From Veleropilina oligotropha (lineage: Eukaryota), in contig JBEUKZ010000112.1 in assembly GCA_048128005.1 (NCBI GenBank), forward strand, positions 744,001 through 808,000: DNA of 64,000 nucleotides, written 5' to 3'. Each line of letters opens with the position of its first letter. Position 1 is the stretch's first letter. The translations under genes were made by a program, and so were the position numbers. Under the pieces are notes generated by a model. The model searched no databases and was not told the DNA's origin. It worked only from the letters and a program-made list of their open reading frames with translations. Below are positions 1-10,200 of this stretch, one piece after another.

Positions 1-224
1 ATTTGAACCAAGATGTACCAACAAGATTTCTGGAATCGGATACTGTGCGAACTGCTTTGCAAGATAGTCATCAAAGTCGTTCCAGCTCATGCCCCTATTT
101 CCCTTCCATTTTATTCTGACGTTCCTATCTGCTAGGCCTAAATGCACCCCTCCTGCCTGTACAGCTGCAAACCTTCCTGCCCAATAAGGAATTGAGGATC
201 CAACCACCCAAACCGTGGTGTGTC
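1..224 (-). CDS. SGNH/GDSL hydrolase ORF of the Ngaro element (partial; not in ORF track)
   Basis: Manual translation HTTVWVVGSSIPYWAGRFAAVQAGGVHLGLADRNVRIKWKGNRGMSWNDFDDYLAKQFAQYPIPEILLVHLGSN shows the GSS, GxRG and HLGSN blocks. No ATG before an upstream stop; a TTACAG acceptor-like site lies at 225-230. Confidence 0.8.
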
Positions 225-354
225 CTGTAATAGCAACACTGTGAACTTTATAGAGAGTTTAATATAAAACAAATTGCATAAACTGAAAGTTAGTAAATAA
301 CAAGTATGGCACCATCAGTTAAACAATCACAAGAACATGCCAAACATTTAAAAG

Positions 355-1356
355 CTAAGCTGGAATTCGGATATACTGATTAAATTGAGAGCTTTTCCAT
401 CTACCCCAACATTTAATAATATTGTCGTCCACACCTCTTATAGCACACTCGGTTGCTGCTCCAATTCTGAAAGAATGCGATCTAAAATGCCCGGCATGAA
501 TCCCACAAAATTGTAATGCTTTCTGGAGCATGGCGGAAAATTGATATCTAGTGAGAGGTGAGACATCCAGGTGTATTAATAGCTGAGAGTGCATATCGGA
601 AGTGGTAGGCCGCATTTTAAAAAATTTGCTCAAGGCTAACACTGGACAAACAACCGTATTACCTACTTCACTTATACAAAGTGTGGCTGATCGTTGTCTC
701 TGATCAGTTTTGGACAACCTTATTGTTAATTTTATTAGCTGAACACCGTTATCAGATATAATATTGATATCGGTACACTTAATAGGACGACTGTCACTGC
801 ATTTCTTGTTCTTCGATGTCAATTCACCCACCCCGAGAAATGCAAAAAATGCCAAAGTATAAGCGGATGTAAAAAGTGCAGCCTCGTAATCAGATGCGCA
901 AATTTTGGGAAGAACCGCTACTATCTGCTGTAATATTTTCATTGTCACTGGTGACCTAGTATCTACCGAAGGTCTTTTGCATCTCAAACCTTCCAGTAAT
1001 TTCAGAATAATAAACCTTTTTGTGGTGTCATTCAAACCTTTATACTTATGGACATAAGAGAGCCCACAAATGTAAGTGGCTATTGACGAAGCAGCCAGTC
1101 CTTTAAGGGAAAGATGGCTGATGTAATTGACCAAATATTCCACTGGAGCCGGCCAAATAATTGGCAAGTTGTACGTTACCAAAAAAGACTGATAGCATTG
1201 CAAGGCATTGTTATAGGTTCTCCATGTCTCACTCGACATAGATTGATTAATCAAACGACTAGCTTCTATCGACAGATGTTCCATGCTTCTGGCGGAATAG
1301 GCATTGGTAGCGGGTCTGCTCCTGGAGCAAGTTCTTTGAATTTCTTGAACTGACAA
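355..1356 (-). CDS. Tyrosine recombinase of DIRS/Ngaro element, probably inactive
   Basis: SKTDQ, HSFRIGAAT and GRWKS..F..YIR motifs present; the first catalytic Arg position reads FLGVGE instead of FLRxGE. Confidence 0.9.
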   Translation of the reverse strand: MSVQEIQRTCSRSRPATNAYSARSMEHLSIEASRLINQSMSSETWRTYNNALQCYQSFLVTYNLPIIWPAPVEYLVNYISHLSLKGLAASSIATYICGLSYVHKYKGLNDTTKRFIILKLLEGLRCKRPSVDTRSPVTMKILQQIVAVLPKICASDYEAALFTSAYTLAFFAFLGVGELTSKNKKCSDSRPIKCTDINIISDNGVQLIKLTIRLSKTDQRQRSATLCISEVGNTVVCPVLALSKFFKMRPTTSDMHSQLLIHLDVSPLTRYQFSAMLQKALQFCGIHAGHFRSHSFRIGAATECAIRGVDDNIIKCWGRWKSSQFNQYIRIPA

Positions 1357-2810
1357 CGAGAAATAGCATCCACTATTACATTTCTATAGCCAGGTATATG
1401 TACTGCTTTAATCAGTATATTATGTTTTAATTGAAGAACTAGCTTACGAACCAGATTCATCGTTCTCTCTGATTTTGATGTTTTCTTATTAACAATGAAT
1501 ACCACAGACTTGTTATCAATGTTAAATATAATTTTCTTGTTTTCTAACGAAACCCCCCAAATGAGTAAAGCGACCATTACAGGGAACAATTCCAGAAATG
1601 TAATATCACTCAGAATGCCTTCTCTAGCCCACAATTCCGGCCATCTGCTGTGAGCCCAGGAACCTCTGAAATAAATGCCAAAACCTCTTTCTTCTCCACC
1701 TGAACTGTCTGTAAAAAATTCCAACTGGTCACTACTAACCCAAAAACGATCCCGCATGACCGTTGCGCCATTGTAAGATTTCAAAAACTTGAGCCACATT
1801 TTCAAGTCTTCCTTCAATGCTACAGTTACTCGTAACCTATGTTTTGGATTACTGATCCCTATAGTTGCATTAATCAGACGCCTACAAAAAGCTCTACCAG
1901 GTGCTACTACTTGGCATGCAAAGTTCAGTAAACCTATCAGAGACTGCATTTCTTTTAGCGTTATTTTTCTCCGCTGGATAGTGTAGGCAATTTTTTCTTC
2001 CAGATCCTTGAGTTTTTCGGCTGGAAGCTTCATTACTAACTTAACCGTGTCTATCTCGATACCCAGAAACTCTAAAACCTGACATGGACCTTGAGTTTTT
2101 TCAAAAGCTACTGGCACACCCAATTCATGACAAATGGCCTGAAAAGCATCTAGACTTGCCTGACACTGGTTTGTTTCTGGTTTTCCTAAAAAGAGGAAAT
2201 CATCCAAGTAATGCTGCATATGTTTATTGTTGGCTCTTTGGGAAACGCACCAATGTATGGCAGACGAGAATTTCTCAAACAAGGCGCAACTGATTGAAGC
2301 ACCCATGGGTAAGCACTTGTCAAAATAATACTGATCTTGAAATTTGAAGCCAAGCAAATCAAAATCTCCAGGCCACACTGGGAGCAGGCGAAAGGCTGAT
2401 TTAATATCAGATTTAGCAAGTAGTGTACCGATTCCCAACTCTTGTATCATAGCTATTGCCTGATCGATATTAGAATAACAAACACAGCACAGCTTTTCGT
2501 CGATAAAATCATTGACAGAATTATGCCGCGGAAAAGACAAATGGTGAATAACTCTAAAATCACCATCTTTCTTGGGAACTAAACCTAATGGAGAGATTCT
2601 TAAGCCTGGGAGAGGTGGGTTCTGAAATGGGCCTGCTACCCTACCTGCTGTTAGCTCTTTTATTATTTTTTGTTCAAGTACTTGCGGCATTTGTCTAACA
2701 CTAATAAGATTAACGCAGGTTCTAGGCGTTCTAGGGCCGGAGTAACACAGAGAGAAACCAAACTTGAAGCCATTGATTAGTTCCTTTTTAATATCTTGGA
2801 ATGGATACAA
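1266..2810 (-). CDS. DIRS-type reverse transcriptase/RNase H (N-terminus frameshifted near 2811)
   Basis: SPLGLVPKKDGDFRVIHHLS, DIKSAFR, LPMG, HYLDDF, FTDSS, ITFLEL, HIPGYRNVIVDAISR. Confidence 0.93.
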   Translation of the reverse strand: MYPFQDIKKELINGFKFGFSLCYSGPRTPRTCVNLISVRQMPQVLEQKIIKELTAGRVAGPFQNPPLPGLRISPLGLVPKKDGDFRVIHHLSFPRHNSVNDFIDEKLCCVCYSNIDQAIAMIQELGIGTLLAKSDIKSAFRLLPVWPGDFDLLGFKFQDQYYFDKCLPMGASISCALFEKFSSAIHWCVSQRANNKHMQHYLDDFLFLGKPETNQCQASLDAFQAICHELGVPVAFEKTQGPCQVLEFLGIEIDTVKLVMKLPAEKLKDLEEKIAYTIQRRKITLKEMQSLIGLLNFACQVVAPGRAFCRRLINATIGISNPKHRLRVTVALKEDLKMWLKFLKSYNGATVMRDRFWVSSDQLEFFTDSSGGEERGFGIYFRGSWAHSRWPELWAREGILSDITFLELFPVMVALLIWGVSLENKKIIFNIDNKSVVFIVNKKTSKSERTMNLVRKLVLQLKHNILIKAVHIPGYRNVIVDAISRCQFKKFKELAPGADPLPMPIPPEAWNICR

Positions 2811-2872
2811 GTTAAGTTTTTTTACTCAATTCTTCTACATTTACTGGGGAGGCTCCTAAAGAGTATAACATA

Positions 2873-3894
2873 TTATTTGTTTTTATTTGGGCGCTTGTTG
2901 CAACTTCCATAGCTTTGATGGGAACCGCCACAGGTGTCGCAAGTATGGGAGAAACGACACTTTGGGTAAAAGGTACAGTTTCCTTTGTTGAATGCGAAGC
3001 ATGGTTTTGCCGTGCTGCTGGAGGCACGAAAAGGCAACATAGGACGCCCTGTCGTCTGAAATTGACCTTGATATGAGCCCATTGGCCTGTTGAAGCCTAC
3101 TGACTGAGGACTCGAGCGATGAGCCTGAACGTGGTTGTCAAAATTACCAAATGACTGATAATTTCTACTGCCTTGCTGTTGCTGGGAAAAGTTATCTCTG
3201 TGGGTAGCAACATATAAAATCCACAATTCGTTGTCAATAACCCCCCCATGAAGATGTCGGAAACCTAACCTTCTTAAGGCGATACTGTTCATCATATTGA
3301 ACCCAGCCTAGATGACCGCATCTTTCTGCAGCCAGACGAACATCATGCATATATTTGATAAGCTCAGGTCCTTTGTTTCCCTGTCTCTCTACAGTTAATG
3401 ACATAAAGACCAAAAATGCTGATGTCCATTTGTGTATTCCTAGTATAGGTTTATTCTGCGTCTTTTCCACAGAAATATGGCCGCCCCGAATAACCAACTC
3501 ACCTTCTAAATCTTGGTCCGATGACAAATCCTTAGCAGATTTTAATAATAATGTCAAATCAATATAATCTCCCGCCCAGATTTTTTCTCTAATTTTTATG
3601 GGGACGTGGGAACCAACAGGTTTGACTTTGACTTTGACCGTTCGGATTCGGACCATTGGTGCCTGGATTCGTGTCATGTGATATCATAGGACTTCCAAAA
3701 TTTATTATCGGATTTCCGTTTAACTCACCGCTATTAATATTATCACCGTTGTTGGCCTCAGCTGCTTGCCCCTGGTCGATGTTGTCATCACGAAAACGTT
3801 TGGGCACCGCCACTGTTCGCCTGTCCCTGCTGCCAGTGCCACCCCGGGGTCTCGCTGGCGTTCCGGATAATTTCCGTTTTTGACCTTTCCCCAT
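2873..3894 (-). pseudogene. Gag-like ORF1 of Ngaro element broken by frameshifts
   Basis: Three overlapping ORF pieces (3589-3894, 3234-3677, 2873-3295) carry KIWAGDYIDL, GWVQYDEQYR and the C-terminal CFAFNKGNC..C.FSH.C..CGGSH zinc finger typical of DIRS gag. Confidence 0.8.
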
Positions 3895-4432
3895 CCCTTT
3901 CGCTGACTGAAACAGAACTTTAAACGCAATAGATAATCCACATACACAGTTTTAAATAATAACCAAAATCGCTAATAACAATTACTTGAACTTAATAAGA
4001 AAAATTATTTCAGCGAATTTAAAACCGTCTGCAAACTGATCCAGCTGCTAGGAAAGGTCACGCTCTCCTTGAGAACTGTTTGCTTTCTCAGCCTAAAGAG
4101 CACTGCCATAAGCATTATGCCTTGCTAATATTTAATCTCACAAAAGTGCTCTCCCCTTGACCAACCGAATACATTGACACTTGCATTAAATTAAATTATC
4201 TGGCATGCGCTGCTATAATTGTTAATATGTTGCATATAGGCCTAGTTTATACATATCCGCAAATCTCGCTATGAAATATCTTTCTTTTTTACGCTTACAA
4301 AACTAATGAACGAAATAGCTAGGACCAACGTTGCAAGCAATAATTATTCGCGAAATCGACCATGGCAAACCCTCCTGACAATTTCATTGGTTTATGCGTG
4401 ACATAGCCATAACGCTCTAGATACAGTCTTCG

Positions 4433-5102
4433 TAGCATCATGCGCATCAGGCCTCTGCGCACATCCGGATAAACCTCGTCCGAGAGGGCCTGATAAAGGT
4501 GCTATTAAAAACTTGTGACGCCAAAACGAGGCTTACCGAAAAACGGGTAAAGTTTTTGATTGGACGATCAGGACACACCTCATACACACCCACCAATATG
4601 ATTTCAAATAAAAGTCAAAAATAGATTACTAGTACTGTATATGAATTATGTTTGGGCGTTTCCTGGGTTTAATTCTCAAATCATTCTAAATATGTGTTGC
4701 CATGACTTATATTCGTTTTATATAGTCCATATTGAAACCCATATCGGTCATTGTATGTCAGACTGAAGTTATCGTATCTAAATATAGGTCACTTGAAAGC
4801 GGACATGGGATATCCCACCCAACATAGTAAATCACTGCTATTAATTAATTGTGGACTGGCAAAAATATTCAAATTGGCAAATAATACATCGTCAGATGAC
4901 TTTGCGTAACACAACACAATTTATTCTGTATCTAATGATCTCGAATTCGGTACGAACCGTGCGAAGATATCTTCATGGCAGTGGTCGCCATTTGTAAACA
5001 CAGCGCCGTCTATCGGTCACAAGTTTTTAATAGCACCTTTATCAGGCCCTCTCGGACGAGGTTTATCCGGATGTGCGCAGAGGCCTGATGCGCATGATGC
5101 TA
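4433..5102. mobile_element. Non-autonomous TIR DNA transposon (MITE), 87-bp TIRs, 9-bp TSD (Mutator-like)
   Basis: TIRs 4433-4519 and 5016-5102 are exact reverse complements; CAGTCTTCG on both flanks (4424-4432, 5103-5111). Confidence 0.9.
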
Positions 5103-5874
5103 CAGTCTTCGCGGACTTTATATTGCCGAAAAGCGTGATGTCAGGTCGCGTATTCGATAACACAGGGGCATGTAACGCTGTTTATCGTTCGTCTGTTTCC
5201 GTTTGACGATTAGCGAAGTTCATTGTTACTATATAATATAGACAAGGGAGGACACTAAGGAAAGTGTTCTGCACTCGACTCGATAGAACGACGAATAAAT
5301 TGCAAATTACGCCTATTTAGCACTCAGCGCTGACACGTATCGATAACTAGGTTGTTCCATATACAAAAAAAACTTAATGGACACATATCTCACCATCGAC
5401 ACATGGATTCATCACAAGAAAATAAACTAATTGGTGATCAAATCATTTTCTAATTTATTATGTATGTACGATTATTTAGCCTGGTATTTATTTATTTGTT
5501 TATGTATATCCATTATTGAGCTTTAATATAAATGATGAAATTAATGCATGAAAATGCATATTTGCAATTTATAGATATATATTATCTTTAACTTTGTAAC
5601 TTTATAACATATGGTCGATTTACTGTTATATTATTATTATGTATGTAGGTTTTCTAGAGTGACCTTGTTGGCTGGTTATATATTATGTTAGTTTTCATGG
5701 TAATTAAGCTATTTATGTATATAATATAAAGGTATCATCTTAATTGTAATGACCATGTGAGTGCATTGATGTATATTTTGCCAAAGATTTACGTTCTTTT
5801 GAGTTTATTAAATTTGTCGCAACAAGTATTCATGAATAGTATGCTAATTAGGTAATTAACATACATAATATGCA

Positions 5875-6215
5875 GTCGTGGCCTGACCTGGCACTGGCCT
5901 CTCATCGAGAGGTTTGGGGTTCAATCCACGATCCCGGCGAGTTCCCTTGGCAAGAAAATAAGCATATATGTGTGCCTCGGTTTCACCCAGCCGATCTGCA
6001 ATATGATTGGGTACCTGGTTGGCATTGGCGGAAATTTGTCAGTATGACTAATCTGATGCGCCTATAAATGGCAGCTCAGCTGTATACTCTCAGAGAGAGT
6101 TGAGATAGAATCTCGAACAGAACAGGCCGGTACCCAGGGAATAATAATGTGGCGCTTTGAGCAAGCATTCGTGCATGAAAAGGCGCAATATAAGAAGTAT
6201 CCATTATTAATATTA
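5875..6215 (+). mobile_element. tRNA-derived SINE (Deu/Nin-like core, L2-like tail)
   Basis: B-box GGTTCAATCC at 5918-5927, CCCTTGGCAAG...CACCCAG...GGGTACCTG core, 3' AAGGCGCAATATAAG...TATTA tail; boundaries approximate. Confidence 0.6.
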
Positions 6216-6514
6216 TGTGTTGATTGTGTAGGGCAATGCTTTAGCTACAATTTGGTACTATATTTATTATTATTACTTATTATTAGAAATATTTGCTTAG
6301 TATCCATGGAAACGGTTCGATTTGAAATAGTGAAAATAAGTTATTTTCATTCAAATGATCCTAATGAACAACTTTGTACTCATGAAAAATTGTCATGGTG
6401 GTATCTGGGACTACTATAAGAGGGACTGGAAGCTCTGACCAATTAGCCGACTCGCCTTCAATAATGTGGTACTCGCTATTGTTCTCGTGTTTACCGCACT
6501 GCGCATGTGCGTAG

Positions 6515-6801
6515 AGCAGCAGGGGGGGTGACCATACCTTTTATCTGGGGGCGCGGCGAGGGAAATTAAGGCTCCCAGCACCTTTTCAGAATTAATATGG
6601 ATCTCAACTCAGCAGCAGGGGGGGTGAATGCACTTTTTAGAATGGGAAAATAAGGCTCCCAGCACCATTTCAGAACTGAGCTGGTATTACTGAGGGGAAC
6701 TAGGGAGTTCAGACTAGGGCCCCGGGGCGACCGTGGAGGCTCCCAGCACCCTTTCAGACCCCAGGGTATATCGTGTATTACAAAAAGTTACCGTGTGTAC
6801 A
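6515..6801 (+). repeat. Left TIR of copy A
   Basis: Inverted match to 21745-22032; outer ~110 bp nearly identical, inner part with many mismatches. Confidence 0.92.
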
Positions 6802-6905
6802 GAGCGAGTAGCATGTAGTAAGAGCCCCAGGGACGGCCCACTACCCTCGCCGGCCCGGGCTCTTGTGTGTTAGTGTCATAACCTATTTAGAGACTGGTAT
6901 ATACG

Positions 6906-7205
6906 ATGGTATACGCGATAACTATGTGGGGAAAGAATGTATGCCCTTGGTTGACAGTTAATGCCGCTGGAGTTTGTGGTCGTAGCTGCGTCAACGAATT
7001 TTGCAATGCCCATCGACGGCAAATTCGGATGGGTATAACACCATCCCCGCCATGTAAGAGATGTGGCAAGGGCACGAAATCGGCCGTTCTGGTGTGTAGA
7101 CCATGTGGAGGTCGTCGTGCCGCCCAGGCTCTCATAAACACTAAAAACCGAGCTCGCCGTCTCTACGGCGCAGTATTGCGCGAGTTGCTGTCGCGCACGA
7201 CATAA
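6906..7205 (+). CDS. Small double zinc-finger protein (copy A)
   Basis: Cx10Cx3Cx4Cx2H plus Cx2Cx10Cx2C; the same spacing is kept in the divergent homolog 57751-58026; alternative ATG at 6924. Confidence 0.75.
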   Translation: MVYAITMWGKNVCPWLTVNAAGVCGRSCVNEFCNAHRRQIRMGITPSPPCKRCGKGTKSAVLVCRPCGGRRAAQALINTKNRARRLYGAVLRELLSRTT

Positions 7206-7246
7206 AAAGTTCCAATTAGAGACTTGTGTTGTAGGGTCATATCGCG

Positions 7247-10200
7247 ATGGAACGTGTCTCCCTCAGAGAACTGCGCAATCTAGCGAAAGATTATGGGATT
7301 CCCGCTCGGTCGAAGCTCAAGAAGCACGACCTCGTCAGGGCAATCGCCAGGGTCCGTGCTGCGGAGTTTCGGAGCAGACTCGAGCGGGCGATGAAAACGG
7401 GAAGGTTCCCCTCCATACGTGGAGATGTGGAGAACCCCCACAAAAGAGGCCGACGTGCTCGCGAGTTGCGGCAGATTAAGGACGAGGTCGACGCCGCCCT
7501 GCAGGCTCGTAAATACGAATCCCAGGCTGAGAAAAATCCCAGGATTCGACTGAAGCCACTTCGCGCCATCACGGATCGAATCGTCAAGCGGTCTCGGAAA
7601 GAGACCCTTGCCCATGCTATTGCTCGGAAGGGGCCCGATCTTCTCATCTCCAAAACGCCCCGGACAGCCCAGGACTACCAGAAGGATCTTCTAGGGCAAT
7701 TTACCACACCCGAGGGACAACGATTCATCGACCTGGATGACCAGGTCCCTCCCCCAGTAAGGCTCCCAGCAAAAGAGCCATGGGTGGAACTCTTGAGCGA
7801 CGCCAAAGACGAGTTTGAGGTCGATGGCGCCGCGGCGGCTTTCTCCACATGGAGGGTAGAAGTGGACATTAAGATCGCACCGGCCCTGGATGCCCGTATG
7901 ACAGATGCAAGGGCGGCACAGCTCCTCACAGCCCTTCCAAAGGGCGAGTATGTCCTTAGAATAAAGTTCTTGCGTGAGTGGAGTGAGGGCGACTGGGTGG
8001 TCGAAGACAAGTTTGACCCGGTGAAAGCTGCGAGAAAGAAGGGCCAGGGTGTCTTTGAGATCTCTCAGGACACTAAGCCGGGTGCTATCACCGGGGTCGA
8101 CAAGGTCTACTACGAGAATGCCTACCCGGTCACTGCAGTCGTCTACGGCGTCTATCCTCTCAGAGAACCAAACCCCGCCAACCTGGTTCCGATGAAGAAC
8201 GGCGACCTCAACTGCGTTGCCCAACGAGTGGTTGAGCACTTCGAAGGTGCCCTTAGAGGACACGGACTCACCCCGACAAGGCGGCAGAAAATACTGGAGT
8301 GGGAAGAGCGAGTCCATGTAACAGGCGCCACTGTGGATGATATATCCATCCTCGAGAAGATACTGAAGCGGGCGATTGTCTTGAGAGACATCGCCGGCGA
8401 GGACGTCTTCAACAGCGGAAAATACCAGGCCAGTATGTGGAAGTCCATAGAACTCATCTGTCACAACGGCCACGCATGGTCGAAGGACCTACACTTTCCG
8501 CAGTCTCGCGAGGTCCACCTGTATGAGGGCGATGTCTGGGAAGCTATTCGACAAGCCACACAGAACGAGCCATTGGCTGTCTGGCTCCTAGGCGGTACAG
8601 ACCGACAGCTCAACGTGAACCAGTTCGTGCTTCAGGACGGCCGCACGTACAGGACAAAAGATGATCACGAGAGACTCCAAGAAGCCTGTACAGCGCTGGG
8701 GAATGAGTCCCTAGCCGATCGAGCCTTTGGCGTGAACCATGCAGCTAGCATTATGGCCAAAGAGACCAACGGCTGGAAACCGACCCCAGCGGGCCTGCTC
8801 GATGACATCCAGAAGGCCTGTGTAGAGCATGGCCACGGCGGCCTGTGGAATTCCATGAATTACGACACGGGCGATGTCTGCTGCATCGATATGAAATCCT
8901 GCTACCCTGCAAGCTTTCTGGGGAAGGGCGAGGCTAAGCCCTATTTCGAAAGATTCGGACACCCACTCCACAGCATGACCCGGGTCGCAATTAACGGTCC
9001 TCTACCCCAAGATATCGGGACCGGGTTTGCTGAGGTCGTGGAATGGGAGTTCGCACAAGACATCCACCCCGTCATTGTAGCATGGTTCGGAAAGCACTTT
9101 GCAGAGAATGGATGGGCACCCACCCCGCTGCTCGCCTTCCTCGTAGACTCTGGACTGCTAAAAAGCCTCAAGATCCGAGAGGCCATCATCGCGTTCAAAA
9201 ACCAGACCGATGTCTGGCTTCCGGAGAATCGTGACCAGGGCTGCAGCATTATCGGCAAATTCACCCAAGGCGCCAAAGCCGATGGCAAAAGATTGACTCG
9301 TAGACTGGTGACCGACCAGGGTGAGCTCGACTTCCTCGTAAGAGACACCCGCCAAAGCGGCACCCTGGTTGGCGCTCCTCAGAGATGCCCCCTCGGTCAC
9401 GTCCTCACGTACTATGATGGCTCCCAGCCTCAGTACGCCCACCTGAGGGCATCCATGTTGGCCTATGCACACATAAACCTCTTGAGCATGCTGAAGCGTT
9501 TCAGTGCGGCAGAAGCCGTCCGGGTAGCCACGGACAGCATCTACCTCAAGAAGGCCTCGTTGGAGAAGCTCGACGATGTCACGGTGTACGTTGCCCCCAG
9601 ACTCTGCGGCTGTGGCGAGAAATCGTGCATCTCATGTCTGATCGCGGAGCCGTACCTTCCGCCAGTAGCACCAGCCCAGTGGCGTGACAAGGGCGAACAG
9701 CTGTATATGCCACAGGAACATGCCGCATACCTACCCAAGCCAGAGTATTGTTGTGCCGCCAATTCCAGCCAGCCGAGCACCGCGCCATGCTACAATGACA
9801 CACTGACCCACCATCGCCTGAGTTACCTCAACGGTGGAGGGGGCTGTGGCAAGACTACGAGAGCGATCGAGCTCTTTCGGGCAAGGAATCCCGTCGTGTT
9901 CACACCAAGCCACCGCCTCGCTAAAGAGATGCGGACCAGAGGCGTCAAAGCCCAGACCTACCACAGCTTCTTCCGATGGAGCGGCCAGAACGACTGGACG
10001 CCTGATCGCATGGGTCAGAAGTTCATCCCGCGCGTCATTATCTGGGACGAGGTCTGTACTGTTCCCCGGCACATCCTAGAGATGTTCTTGGACTGGCTGG
10101 GCCGCCACGAAGTGCAGGTTATCTGCTGTGGTGATCAAGGCCAGCCACCACCGATTACGGGCGAGATGCCGCACGATTGGCTGCGAAAGACCGCGGACTA

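Larger units (their letters stand above)
1..3894 (-). mobile_element. Ngaro/DIRS-type tyrosine-recombinase retrotransposon, degenerate, runs off the window start
   Basis: Gene order gag - RT/RNaseH - tyrosine recombinase - SGNH hydrolase on the minus strand with overlapping ORFs; terminal repeats not identified. Confidence 0.88.

Noticed and set aside
5875..5935. tRNA gene (also near 32820-32910)
   Set aside because: B-box present but no full cloverleaf; continues into a SINE body
6570..6760. CRISPR-like array (22-bp repeat with distinct spacers)
   Set aside because: Only three units, ~62-bp spacers, inside a eukaryotic viral TIR, no cas genes
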